Shown here one piece after another: positions 8,702-18,536 of a DNA stretch of 51,875 nucleotides. The stretch is from Bacteroidetes bacterium MED-G21 (GTDB lineage: Bacteria; Bacteroidota; Bacteroidia; Flavobacteriales; UBA7430): positions 1 to 51,875 of the forward strand of contig NTKG01000003.1 in the NCBI GenBank assembly GCA_002457305.1, given 5' to 3'. The translations under genes and the position numbers were made by a program. Every line of letters begins with the position of its first letter. Positions within the stretch are counted from its first letter, which is position 1. A model generated the notes under the pieces. The model saw nothing but the letters and a program-made list of their open reading frames with translations, ran no database searches and had not been told where the DNA came from.

Positions 8702-9164
8702 AATTTTATCTTTTGAGGCATTAAAAATTCTGCTGAAAAAATGGCGTGATGAAAACGAAAAAATCATCTTCACAAATGGTTGTTTTGACCTACTTCATTT
8801 AGGTCATGTTGATTATTTAGCAAAAGCGCGTGATTTGGGAGGCCGCTTAGTTGTTGGCTTAAATTCTGATGCCTCAATTAAACGCATAAAAGGGCCGTCA
8901 AGACCTATAAATAATGAGCAAAGCAGGGCTGCTCTGTTGGCTGGAATGACCTACGTAGACGCGGTTGTGCTGTTTGATGAAGAAACCCCCGTAAACCTAA
9001 TTTCTGAAGTCATGCCCGCCGTTCTGGTAAAGGGAGGGGACTATAAAATTAAAGAAATTGTGGGTCATGAAATGGTTTTAAATAACGGAGGCGAGGTATG
9101 CACTATAGACTTTGTAGAAGGCTATTCCAGTTCTGAATTAATAAAAAAATTTAAGGCTAGCTAG
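8673..9164 (+). CDS. rfaE2: D-glycero-beta-D-manno-heptose 1-phosphate adenylyltransferase (RfaE domain II / HldC-like)
   Basis: FTNGCFDLLHLGH, VVGLNSDAS, KGPSRP, VLVKGGDY; ATG at 8673 chosen over the upstream TTG. Confidence 0.92.
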   Translation: MNQISRLQSKILSFEALKILLKKWRDENEKIIFTNGCFDLLHLGHVDYLAKARDLGGRLVVGLNSDASIKRIKGPSRPINNEQSRAALLAGMTYVDAVVLFDEETPVNLISEVMPAVLVKGGDYKIKEIVGHEMVLNNGGEVCTIDFVEGYSSSELIKKFKAS

Positions 9165-10529
9165 ATGGCGAAAACAAAAGTAAAAACAGCTTATTTTTGC
9201 CAAAATTGTGGCGCGCAATACCCAAAATGGCAAGGTCAATGTTCCGCGTGCAAGGAATGGAATACAATTGTAGAAGAGGTTGTTCAGAAAGAAGTTGGCA
9301 AGCCTTGGGCAAACAAAAGGACTGATTCAAAATCAAAGGCCTTAAAAGTTGCAGACATTTCATTAACAACTGAATCTAGAATAAAAACAGATAACACAGA
9401 GTTAGACCGCGTTTTAGGTGGTGGAATCGTTCCTGGGGCAGTCGTTTTACTTGGTGGGGAGCCTGGTATTGGTAAGTCGACGTTAATGCTTCAATTGGCC
9501 TTAGGGCTAAAGAATTTCAAAACGCTTTATGTTTCTGGAGAAGAAAGCGCCAAGCAAATTAAAATGAGGGCAGAGCGGCTTGGTGAGGGTTCTTCAGATT
9601 GCCTCATATTAACCGAAACCTCTACTCAAAACATTTTTACACACATCGATGCTGTAAAACCAAACCTACTTGTTATTGATTCCATCCAGACCCTACATTC
9701 TCAAGCCATAGATGCTTCGCCGGGTTCTGTTTCTCAAATTAGAGAATCCGCCTCAGAGCTTTTGCGTTTTGCAAAAGAAACCGCCACCCCTGTTATTTTA
9801 ATTGGCCATATTACAAAAGATGGGGGTATTGCAGGGCCAAAAATTTTAGAGCACATGGTCGATGTTGTACTCCAATTCGAGGGCGACCGAAATCATATTT
9901 ATAGAATTCTTAGGGCCCAAAAAAACCGCTTTGGTTCTACCTCAGAGCTGGGTATTTACGAAATGGTTAGCCATGGGCTAAGAGAGGTTCACAACCCTTC
10001 TAAAATCCTTATTTCACAAAAAGATGAAGCACTTAGCGGAACGGCAATCTCTGCAACCATTGAGGGGGTGCGGCCAATGCTCATTGAGGTTCAGGCGCTC
10101 GTAAGCACTGCTGTTTATGGAACACCACAGCGGAGCGCTACTGGTTTTGACCTTCGTCGGTTAAGCATGTTGCTTGCCGTTCTAGAGAAGCGCTGTGGAT
10201 TTAGGTTGGGGGCTAAAGATGTATTCTTAAATATTACTGGGGGTATAAAAGTAGACGATCCTTCTATTGATTTGTGTGTGGTTGCAGCGATCTTGTCGTC
10301 TAATGAAGATGTTGCTATTTCTGATAAAATCTGTTTTGCTGGAGAAGTGGGCTTGTCGGGGGAAATTCGACCCGCCACCAGAATTGAACAGCGCATACTC
10401 GAAGCAGAAAAATTGGGCTTCGAGCAAATCTTTATCTCAAAATACAATAAAATTGAGGTGGGAAAATTCGCAATAAACATTTTGAGCTTTGGTAAGATAG
10501 AAGAAATCTACCAAACCCTGTTTAACTAA
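9165..10529 (+). CDS. radA: DNA repair protein RadA/Sms
   Basis: N-terminal C4 zinc finger, GGEPGIGKST Walker A, KNRFG motif, Lon-like C-terminus. Confidence 0.99.
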   Translation: MAKTKVKTAYFCQNCGAQYPKWQGQCSACKEWNTIVEEVVQKEVGKPWANKRTDSKSKALKVADISLTTESRIKTDNTELDRVLGGGIVPGAVVLLGGEPGIGKSTLMLQLALGLKNFKTLYVSGEESAKQIKMRAERLGEGSSDCLILTETSTQNIFTHIDAVKPNLLVIDSIQTLHSQAIDASPGSVSQIRESASELLRFAKETATPVILIGHITKDGGIAGPKILEHMVDVVLQFEGDRNHIYRILRAQKNRFGSTSELGIYEMVSHGLREVHNPSKILISQKDEALSGTAISATIEGVRPMLIEVQALVSTAVYGTPQRSATGFDLRRLSMLLAVLEKRCGFRLGAKDVFLNITGGIKVDDPSIDLCVVAAILSSNEDVAISDKICFAGEVGLSGEIRPATRIEQRILEAEKLGFEQIFISKYNKIEVGKFAINILSFGKIEEIYQTLFN

Positions 10530-10553
10530 CCAAACCCTATATGTTGTTCGTCT

Positions 10554-10892
10554 TTAATGTGGTTTTTTGCAACAAAAATGTAAATTTTCATATGCAAGCG
10601 AATCTGCCTTAACAGAGTCTGCGGAATACCCCAAGCTGCTAATAAGACTCCTTAAGTGCGCGACGGATGTTTTATCTTTTCTGTAATTTACCGTTAAGAC
10701 GCCCGTTTTAACATCCATTTCTGCATACTTAACACCTTTTTCGAAAGCTAGGTTTTTTTGGATAATTAAATCTTCACACATGCCGCAAACAGCGCTTGTT
10801 TGAATTTCTACTGTAGCTGTTTTTTTACCGTTTGTTTGGGCGCTTGCATAGTTTGATAAAAATGCCAACAAAATCCATATTAAATTTTTCAT
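10554..10892 (-). CDS. Exported heavy-metal-associated (HMA) domain protein
   Basis: Signal peptide, CGMC motif, LGY, C-terminal LHFCCK. Confidence 0.9.
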   Translation of the reverse strand: MKNLIWILLAFLSNYASAQTNGKKTATVEIQTSAVCGMCEDLIIQKNLAFEKGVKYAEMDVKTGVLTVNYRKDKTSVAHLRSLISSLGYSADSVKADSLAYENLHFCCKKPH

Positions 10893-10901
10893 ATCACTGT
10901 T

Positions 10902-13175
10902 TTAATTGTTCATATTAAGTCGAATACCTGTAAACCATTTTGTTCCCATAACTGGTCCCCATATCATTCCGGCATCAAAATTATCGCTAAATGGGTTTTC
11001 GACGCCTCGTATAGGATTTGGCTGCATATAATTTAGAGCGTTCTCAACGCCTATATACCAATCAAACTTTTTAAAGCGGCGGGTTATTTGCCCGCTAAGA
11101 AGGTTGAAGTTGTCTGACCAAAATTCCTCTATGTCTCCCTGACCAGGAACACGACTTGGTCCCACATTCTGTAGGGTAATGTTAATGTCCCACTTTTTTT
11201 GCCAAGTGGTGTAATACACTTGTACTAAAGAACGGTACTTTGGAATAAAGGGTGCTTGTTTTGTTACATAATCAAGGCCTGAATCGGTTTCAATATTATA
11301 TGTGGTTTGTGTTTTGTTCCACTTATGTGCATATTTTAACTCCCATCCATCAGCGGGTTCAAAAGTAAAATCTAGCTGCAAGCTTTTAGAATTAGAAGGG
11401 CCTTCTAAATTGTAAATGGCTAGTTTTTGAGTTTGCTCTATATCTGCTACCACTTGATTTTGAAAGTCTGTCTGATAAATGTCTATGTTAAATGATGTCG
11501 CTTTTCCTGCTATATAAAAATTGTGATTAATGTTTGCGCCATAATTGATTGCTTCTTCTGGTTTAAGCGAATTGTAATCTTCGAGTACTAAGTTTCTTGA
11601 GCTAAACAAATAAGACATGTTTTCTGAAATCGGATTGGCTTGTCTGTAAGCTTTTCCTGCAGAAAGCCTAAACGCTGTGTTGTCTGTAGGTTTGTAGCGC
11701 ATATTTAATCGAGGGGTGTGCCAAAGACCAAAATCTTTAGAGTAGTCTGCCCTGTAGCCAATGATGCTGGACAGGCGTGGGCTGTGGCTCACAATAAGCT
11801 CTGTGTACGCGCCTAGAGTTTGATCTGTTCGAACATATAAGCCCTCATATACATAGGGCGTGGAAGGCCTTAGCAATAAAAGTGTTTCATCATAGCGGTC
11901 GCCATAATACGACAAGCCTATTTTATATAGCTTTGTGGTATCTATAATGGTAGACTGGTAACTTGCTTTTACATATAGACTGTATTGCGCTCCTGAATAC
12001 ATTGAGCCCCCAAAGGATGATTCTTGTTTGTGGTAACGTATTTGAGAGGTGATGCCTACACTGGTGAAGGGTTTGTTAAAAATGTGTCCAATTTTTGAAT
12101 TAAATTCGGCCTGCTCCGTTTTTATTTCCACCTCATATGGGCTGTCAAATTCAAACGACTCGGTGTTTAAGTCATCTCCTGATATTTGGCCTGAAAGTTT
12201 GTCCTCCGATAAATATCGAAAACTAAATTCTATATGCCTGTCAGGGCGAGCTATATAGCGCCACCTATTTAATAGGGCTATTCTGTTTATTGCTATTTCG
12301 TCCACAAAAGAATCGCCATTTCTATCTATACTTCTACCTAAATAAGAATAGTGTCCCAAAAGAGCTGTTTTCCAGTCTTTCCCAACAAAAGAAGCGGTAA
12401 TAAAATTGTTTTCAATCATTCCTACACTACTCAAATAAGAATTCCAAAAAAAACCATCTATCGTCTCGGGTTTATAAAGCTCTGTGTTTATTTGACCCGT
12501 AAGCGCTTGAAATCCACTCGTTACTGAGCCCGTTGCTTTCGCAATCTGTATGGATTCAATCCAGGAGCCTGGAATATAATTTAAACCGTAAGTGGCTGCA
12601 AGCCCTCTTAAAAAGGGTTTGTTTTCAACTAAAACATCGCTGTATACACCATCCAGTCCGAGCATTTGTATTTTTTTAGCACCTGTTATGGCGTCTGAAG
12701 AGATAATGTCAACTGATGCGTTTGTTTCAAAACACTCCGAAAGATTACAGCAAGCCGCCTTTTGAAGTTCCTGACCAGATATCCATTCAACATTACTTAC
12801 TTTTAAAATTGATTTTGCATTTGTTTTTTTGCGCTCTATGAGTTTAACCTCATTCAAAGTGCTGGGACTTAATACAAATTCTATTGCTTTCGCCTTTTTT
12901 ACTTCAATCGTGTCGCTTTCATAACCAACAAAACTGGCTGATATGCTTTGAGGAAAAGGGTGGTCTGTGTAAATTAAAAAGAAGCCTTTTTGATCCGTAA
13001 CTGATCCATTTTGATTTGTTACAGAATAAACGTGAGCGCCCGGTAAAGGCTTTAAGTTTCCTTTTGTGTCGCGCTCAAAAACATAACCACTAATCTCTTG
13101 GTTAGGCGTGGTCTGTGCAAACAATATATTTATGCCCGCGAACAACAGGGCAAATAATGCAAGATGTTTTCTCAT
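10902..13175 (-). CDS. TonB-dependent receptor, probably for a metal
   Basis: CarboxypepD-like N-terminal domain (SFVGY), plug with KAACCNLSECFETN, beta-barrel ending GIRLNMNN; lies between Cys-rich and HMA genes. Confidence 0.92.
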   Translation of the reverse strand: MRKHLALFALLFAGINILFAQTTPNQEISGYVFERDTKGNLKPLPGAHVYSVTNQNGSVTDQKGFFLIYTDHPFPQSISASFVGYESDTIEVKKAKAIEFVLSPSTLNEVKLIERKKTNAKSILKVSNVEWISGQELQKAACCNLSECFETNASVDIISSDAITGAKKIQMLGLDGVYSDVLVENKPFLRGLAATYGLNYIPGSWIESIQIAKATGSVTSGFQALTGQINTELYKPETIDGFFWNSYLSSVGMIENNFITASFVGKDWKTALLGHYSYLGRSIDRNGDSFVDEIAINRIALLNRWRYIARPDRHIEFSFRYLSEDKLSGQISGDDLNTESFEFDSPYEVEIKTEQAEFNSKIGHIFNKPFTSVGITSQIRYHKQESSFGGSMYSGAQYSLYVKASYQSTIIDTTKLYKIGLSYYGDRYDETLLLLRPSTPYVYEGLYVRTDQTLGAYTELIVSHSPRLSSIIGYRADYSKDFGLWHTPRLNMRYKPTDNTAFRLSAGKAYRQANPISENMSYLFSSRNLVLEDYNSLKPEEAINYGANINHNFYIAGKATSFNIDIYQTDFQNQVVADIEQTQKLAIYNLEGPSNSKSLQLDFTFEPADGWELKYAHKWNKTQTTYNIETDSGLDYVTKQAPFIPKYRSLVQVYYTTWQKKWDINITLQNVGPSRVPGQGDIEEFWSDNFNLLSGQITRRFKKFDWYIGVENALNYMQPNPIRGVENPFSDNFDAGMIWGPVMGTKWFTGIRLNMNN

Positions 13176-13226
13176 AATAACTTGTAATTAACTGATTTTG
13201 TTTTTAACGGTTTCGTAAAAACAGAA

Positions 13227-13652
13227 TCAAATAACAAGTACGGAATATAGATGAAGTATTTCTCTCCCTGATTTTGGTGGAGGGATGGTGTGGGCGGCTA
13301 TTCTGTTTTGCAACAGTAGTATATGTGGGTTTGGAAGAGAGGTTTCGGAATCAAAAGCTATGCTGGAGTTAAACTCTTCTGTGTCGCCAGGTTGGGCCTC
13401 AAAATTGAACTGTATATACTTACTAAAAGAAAGGTCGCACGATCCGTCACCCATCTCTGAACGCAAACATGCTGCCGCTTGAGGAGCGCCAGAACAACAA
13501 CAAGAGTTTTGGTCCACAACTGCACACACCGGCTCAGCATCAGCATGTAAACAAGCCTCCCAATGGTAAGTATAACCAGTGCTAAGTGTTAAAACAAGCA
13601 GGGCTAATAAGAGGGCTTGGGTTCGAATTATATAGCGTTTCGTTTTACACAT
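13227..13652 (-). CDS. HYC_CC_PP-like Cys-rich exported protein
   Basis: Signal-like N-terminus, His/Cys clusters (HWEAC, CCC), C-terminal PPP...LYSVLVI; first gene of the TBDR-HMA unit. Confidence 0.7.
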   Translation of the reverse strand: MCKTKRYIIRTQALLLALLVLTLSTGYTYHWEACLHADAEPVCAVVDQNSCCCSGAPQAAACLRSEMGDGSCDLSFSKYIQFNFEAQPGDTEEFNSSIAFDSETSLPNPHILLLQNRIAAHTIPPPKSGREILHLYSVLVI

Positions 13653-13748
13653 TTAATACAAATATACAAATGTCTAACTATAAATCAACTTTGTGGTTTG
13701 TTTTACAGCTCGTATTAGCCTCCACATTTTTCGTTTAGTTCTTTATCT

Positions 13749-14945
13749 CTAATACAAAAAGGTGTTATATGGATATCTTTTTGTGTGGATTTCTTTAATG
13801 CGCTCATATAAATTCCCTTTAAAGGTGTCCCAATTGTCTTTTTGAGCTGCAGAAATAAAAATACAATTATTGTTCATTTTCGAAATCCAGGTTTTCTTCC
13901 AATCTTCTAGAGAGTTGTTTTTCCATGTTCTTGGGGTTAGGTCGTCTGCTTCTTTTAAATCGTAAGTAAACAAATCCGTTTTATTAAAAACCATTAATGT
14001 TGGTTTGTCTATCGCGTGAATTTCATCTAAAATGCTGTTTACAGACTTTATCTGCTCCTCAAAGTTTTCATGAGAAACATCTACTACGTGTATTAAAAAG
14101 TCGGCTTCTCGAACTTCATCGAGCGTAGACTTAAAAGACTCTACTAATTCTGTAGGTAGTTTGCGAATAAACCCTACTGTATCTGAAAGTAAAAATGGCA
14201 AATTTTCAATAACTACTTTTCTTACGGTGGTGTCTAGAGTTGCAAAGAGTTTGTTTTCCGCAAACACTTGAGATTTACTCAGGGCATTCATAATTGTAGA
14301 TTTACCAACATTGGTGTACCCCACTAAAGAAACGCGGATCATCTGGCCTCTATTTTTTCGCTGCGTGGCCATCTGTTTGTCGATCGTTACTAGTTTCTTT
14401 TTCAAAAGAGAAATTCGTTCGCGGATAATTCGCCTGTCTGTCTCTATTTCAGTTTCCCCCGGTCCCTTCATTCCAATTCCTCCTTTTTGTTTTTGAAGGT
14501 GTGTCCACATTCTTGTTAGACGGGGTAATAAGTATTCGTATTGTGCGAGTTCCACTTGTGTACAAGCGTGTGCTGTTTGAGCTCTACCGGCAAAAATATC
14601 TAGTATGAGGTTGGTTCTGTCTAGTATTTTGCGCTCACCAAAAACCGATTCTATATTTCGCAATTGAGAGGGGCTTAATTCGTCATCAAAAATAACGAGA
14701 TCAATGTCGTTAGCATCTACATAAGCGGCAATTTCATTAATTTTTCCTGAGCCTATAAAGGTTTTTGGATTCGGATTAGACACCTTTTGGGTAAACCTTT
14801 TTACCGGATTAGCACCTGCTGTTTCAACTAAAAATGCAAGTTCGTCTAAATACTCTTTAGACTTTTTTTCATTTTGCTGCTGCGTAATAACACCCACCAA
14901 CACCGCCTTTTCTCCTGTGGGCTTAATAATTACTTTTTGAGACAT
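13749..14945 (-). CDS. hflX: GTPase HflX
   Basis: GPGETEIETDRR, GYTNVGKST, LFATLDTT, DTVGF, NKTD. Confidence 0.98.
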   Translation of the reverse strand: MSQKVIIKPTGEKAVLVGVITQQQNEKKSKEYLDELAFLVETAGANPVKRFTQKVSNPNPKTFIGSGKINEIAAYVDANDIDLVIFDDELSPSQLRNIESVFGERKILDRTNLILDIFAGRAQTAHACTQVELAQYEYLLPRLTRMWTHLQKQKGGIGMKGPGETEIETDRRIIRERISLLKKKLVTIDKQMATQRKNRGQMIRVSLVGYTNVGKSTIMNALSKSQVFAENKLFATLDTTVRKVVIENLPFLLSDTVGFIRKLPTELVESFKSTLDEVREADFLIHVVDVSHENFEEQIKSVNSILDEIHAIDKPTLMVFNKTDLFTYDLKEADDLTPRTWKNNSLEDWKKTWISKMNNNCIFISAAQKDNWDTFKGNLYERIKEIHTKRYPYNTFLY

Positions 14946-14955
14946 AAATAGAGTT

Positions 14956-15390
14956 TTATAACCACGCAGACCATGGTATTCTGCTTAATATCAAAAGAAG
15001 AGCAATACCGAAGTAGACGCTCTTCACTTTGTGCTTTAACTGGTCGGAAAGGTCTTTTTTGGATTTTGAATAAGCCATTGTAATAAGCGTAATGGCTAAA
15101 ATCATCATTAGGGGATGTTCTAGTGTGTACAAGCGTAAACTTGAGTCTTTCATGGCTAAACCAAAATCATTTAACCCACTTCTGCTCATGGGGCTCACAA
15201 AATAAAGAACGCAGCCAATTAAAAGCTGTAAGTGTGCAAGTATTAAAACAATCAATCCGTTTTTTCGATGACCCTCTGTGTGGGGGTGCTTGCCTCGATA
15301 AGCAATCACTGATCTTAAAAAGGTAAATAATAATACCGTTAGCAATAAATAGGGTAAAAAACTATGAAGATGTTTTAGTCCGATATACAT
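14956..15390 (-). CDS. Conserved 4-TM membrane protein with TM histidines (cytochrome b-like)
   Basis: HLHS, AHLQLLIG, RLYTLEHP, IPW motifs; four hydrophobic segments. Confidence 0.7.
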   Translation of the reverse strand: MYIGLKHLHSFLPYLLLTVLLFTFLRSVIAYRGKHPHTEGHRKNGLIVLILAHLQLLIGCVLYFVSPMSRSGLNDFGLAMKDSSLRLYTLEHPLMMILAITLITMAYSKSKKDLSDQLKHKVKSVYFGIALLLILSRIPWSAWL

Positions 15391-15502
15391 TGTTTGAGTT
15401 TTTGTTTATACAAACTTACTAATTTTATGGTGCAATGCATATACAAAAGAGGGGGTACATTCCCGGAAATATGTTAATTTCACGCTTGTAAAACTTAATT
15501 TT

Positions 15503-18500
15503 ATGAAAAATATAATCCTCTTGTTTGGTTTTTTGGCTCATTCTGTGGTCACCTGCGCTCAAGAAAACTTTCCCGTAAATGGGGTTGTTTCAAAATACAA
15601 TAGTGTACATGCTTTAATAAATGCTGAGATCCATGTTGATGCTGAAACAATATTAAAAAGAGCTGTGTTGCTCATAAAAAACGATAAAATTATTGGGGTG
15701 GGTAATACTATTGATATTCCTGAGAATGCAATCATTCATAACCTTGAGGGGGCGCACATTTATCCTTCTTTTATTGACTCTTATACCAATTATGGTCTCC
15801 CTGAGGTCAAAAAGTCTGAATGGAAGCCTAATCCTCAAATGAAAAGCAAAACAACCGGGCCTTTCTCTTGGAATCAGTCGGTTAAGCCCGAATTTGACGC
15901 TGCTGCAGTTTTTTCTCCAAACCAAGCTTCTGCCAAGTCTTTCCGTGAAGCGGGTTTTGGTACTGTGTTAACTTTTCAAAATGATGGAATCGTTCGTGGT
16001 AGTTCTGCAGTTGTTAGTCTTGGGGAGGCTTCCGCACAAGAAGTGTTGCTCAAGCCAAGGGTCATGGCTCATTACGCTTTTTCTAAGGGCAGCTCAAGGC
16101 AAAGTTACCCAAATTCTTTTATGGGGGCAGTTGCTCTATTGCGGCAGTCTATTTATGATGCAATATGGGCACATCATAATGGCGATCAAAGAAACTTAGC
16201 TTTAATTGCTTTACATGATAATTTAAAGCTAAAGCCGGTAATTGAGGTTGACAACCACAATGCTATTCGTAATGCATTAAATCTTAGTGAAGAATTTAAA
16301 ATGAACTTTATAATTAAGGGGGCTGGCGATGAGTACTTGAGCTTAGATGACTTAAATGATGCTCAATTTATTCTTCCTGTAAACTTTCCTGATGCCTATG
16401 ATGTTAATGACCCATATGAAAGTTTGGACTTAAGCTTGGAAAAAATGAAACATTGGGAGCTGGCCCCTGCTAATGCAGCTATATTAGCTTCTAAGGGCGT
16501 TGCTTTTGCTTTTACGGCTTTTGGCTTAAAAAACACGGAAGATTTGCTGGAAAATGTAAGGCGTTGTGTAAAATATGGTTTAAGTGAGGAGGTTGCACTA
16601 AAAGCTCTTACAAGTGTTCCGGCAAAAATGCTTGGAATTTCTGACACACATGGGGCTCTCAAAAAAGGCATGAAAGCAAACTTCATTGTGTGTGAAAACA
16701 ATCTTTTTAATTCTAATAGTAAAATTCTAGAAAACTGGATTCTGGGTAAATCTTATATAATAAACCCTAAGCAAAATCACGATTATAGGGGTAATTATAT
16801 CCTTAAAATAAATGGTGAAATTTTTCCTTTAGAAATCGTTGGTGAGCCTGAAAATTTGCAGGCCAAACTCATTTCTAAAGATACAACAAAGGTCTCTTTT
16901 ATAATAGAAGACGAGCTAATTACGCTTTCATACAAAGACAATGGTGGTGGTGTGGTTCGGCTAAGTGGTCACGGCAAAGACCCTATTGAAGGGCAGGGCC
17001 AGCTCTCTAATGGTAGCTGGGTGTCCTTTTTAATAAAAAGAAAGGCGGGGTTTGAGGGGGCTGCAAAAAATGATGCGGAAAACAATTCACTTATAAACGT
17101 AGACCACGTCCAAATGCTAAATAATATGGGAGATCGCTGGTATCCTAACATGGCTTACGGTTGGGTAGAAAAGCCCGAGCAAAAAGCTGTGATTTTTAAA
17201 AACGTCACTTTGTGGACAAATGAAAAAGAAGGGGTTCTCAAAAATTCATCCTTAGCCATTTTAGATGGCGAAATTCTTGCCGTGGGAAATGAGGCTGTTC
17301 AAGAGGTTAAAAACAGGTTTGCTTTTGAAGTTGTCGATGGAAAGGGAAAGCACTTAAGCTCTGGAATAATAGACGAGCATTCTCATATTGCCTTAAGAAG
17401 CATAAATGAGGGCTCCCAGGCCAGCTCTGCAGAAGTAAGAATGTCAGACGCAATTAGGCCTAACGATATTAACATATACCGCCAACTCGCCGGTGGGGTA
17501 ACAATCGCACAATTACTTCACGGTTCTGCCAATCCAATTGGTGGTCAGTCGGCTTTAATAAAAATGAGGTGGGGTTCTAGCGCTAAAGATTTGCTTTATG
17601 ATGGCGCAAAACCTTTTGTGAAATTTGCTCTGGGAGAAAATGTCAAACAAAGCAATTGGGGTGATTATTCTCGCGTTCGCTTTCCTCAAACTCGAATGGG
17701 TGTAGAGCAAGTTTATTATGATGCATTTATTCGGGCTAAAGAATATGATAAAGAATGGCGGTCGTGGCGAAAACTTTCTGCAAACCAGAAAAAAGAGGGT
17801 AAAATGCCTCGAAGAGATTTAGACTTAGATTGTTTATTAGAAATATTAAAGGATGAAAGGGAGATTACTTGTCATTCCTATCGACAATCCGAGATAAATA
17901 TGCTCATGCAGGTTTCAGACTCTATGGGTTTTACCCTAAACACTTTTACGCACATTTTAGAGGGGTATAAGGTCGCTGAAAAGATGAAAGCACACGGTGT
18001 TGGTGCTTCAACGTTTTCAGACTGGTGGGCATATAAGTATGAAGTAAATGATGCGATCCCTCACAACGGCGCCCTGTTAAACGAGATGGGAATTGTTACT
18101 GCTTTTAACTCGGATGACGCAGAAATGGCAAGGCGTTTAAACCAAGAAGCGGCTAAGGCCGTGAAATATGGGGGTGCCTCAGAAGAGGATGCTTGGAAAT
18201 TTATTACGCTTAACCCCGCTAAGTTGCTACATATTGATGACAAAACCGGAAGCTTAAAAAAGGGGAAAGATGCTGACTTAGTGCTCTGGTCTGGACACCC
18301 CCTGTCTGTGTATACCATTGCTGAACAAACATACATTGATGGTCGGCTATATTACTCTTTAAACTTGGATCGGGAAAATAGATTGCGCAACACAAAAGAA
18401 AGAAACCGATTAACACAAAAGATGCTCTCAGAAAAAAATAAAACAAAGGAATATCAAAAAATTAAGAAAGGACGCTCTTATCTTTTCCATTGTGACGATG

Positions 18501-18517
18501 AGTCTTATTCGTTTTAA
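15503..18517 (+). CDS. Exported two-domain amidohydrolase family protein
   Basis: Signal peptide; two amidohydrolase-like modules; the second has IDEHSH, HSY, HILEG, FNSDD, GSLKKGKDAD. Confidence 0.9.
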   Translation: MKNIILLFGFLAHSVVTCAQENFPVNGVVSKYNSVHALINAEIHVDAETILKRAVLLIKNDKIIGVGNTIDIPENAIIHNLEGAHIYPSFIDSYTNYGLPEVKKSEWKPNPQMKSKTTGPFSWNQSVKPEFDAAAVFSPNQASAKSFREAGFGTVLTFQNDGIVRGSSAVVSLGEASAQEVLLKPRVMAHYAFSKGSSRQSYPNSFMGAVALLRQSIYDAIWAHHNGDQRNLALIALHDNLKLKPVIEVDNHNAIRNALNLSEEFKMNFIIKGAGDEYLSLDDLNDAQFILPVNFPDAYDVNDPYESLDLSLEKMKHWELAPANAAILASKGVAFAFTAFGLKNTEDLLENVRRCVKYGLSEEVALKALTSVPAKMLGISDTHGALKKGMKANFIVCENNLFNSNSKILENWILGKSYIINPKQNHDYRGNYILKINGEIFPLEIVGEPENLQAKLISKDTTKVSFIIEDELITLSYKDNGGGVVRLSGHGKDPIEGQGQLSNGSWVSFLIKRKAGFEGAAKNDAENNSLINVDHVQMLNNMGDRWYPNMAYGWVEKPEQKAVIFKNVTLWTNEKEGVLKNSSLAILDGEILAVGNEAVQEVKNRFAFEVVDGKGKHLSSGIIDEHSHIALRSINEGSQASSAEVRMSDAIRPNDINIYRQLAGGVTIAQLLHGSANPIGGQSALIKMRWGSSAKDLLYDGAKPFVKFALGENVKQSNWGDYSRVRFPQTRMGVEQVYYDAFIRAKEYDKEWRSWRKLSANQKKEGKMPRRDLDLDCLLEILKDEREITCHSYRQSEINMLMQVSDSMGFTLNTFTHILEGYKVAEKMKAHGVGASTFSDWWAYKYEVNDAIPHNGALLNEMGIVTAFNSDDAEMARRLNQEAAKAVKYGGASEEDAWKFITLNPAKLLHIDDKTGSLKKGKDADLVLWSGHPLSVYTIAEQTYIDGRLYYSLNLDRENRLRNTKERNRLTQKMLSEKNKTKEYQKIKKGRSYLFHCDDESYSF

Positions 18518-18536
18518 ATTTTAAACTGAATTAAAC

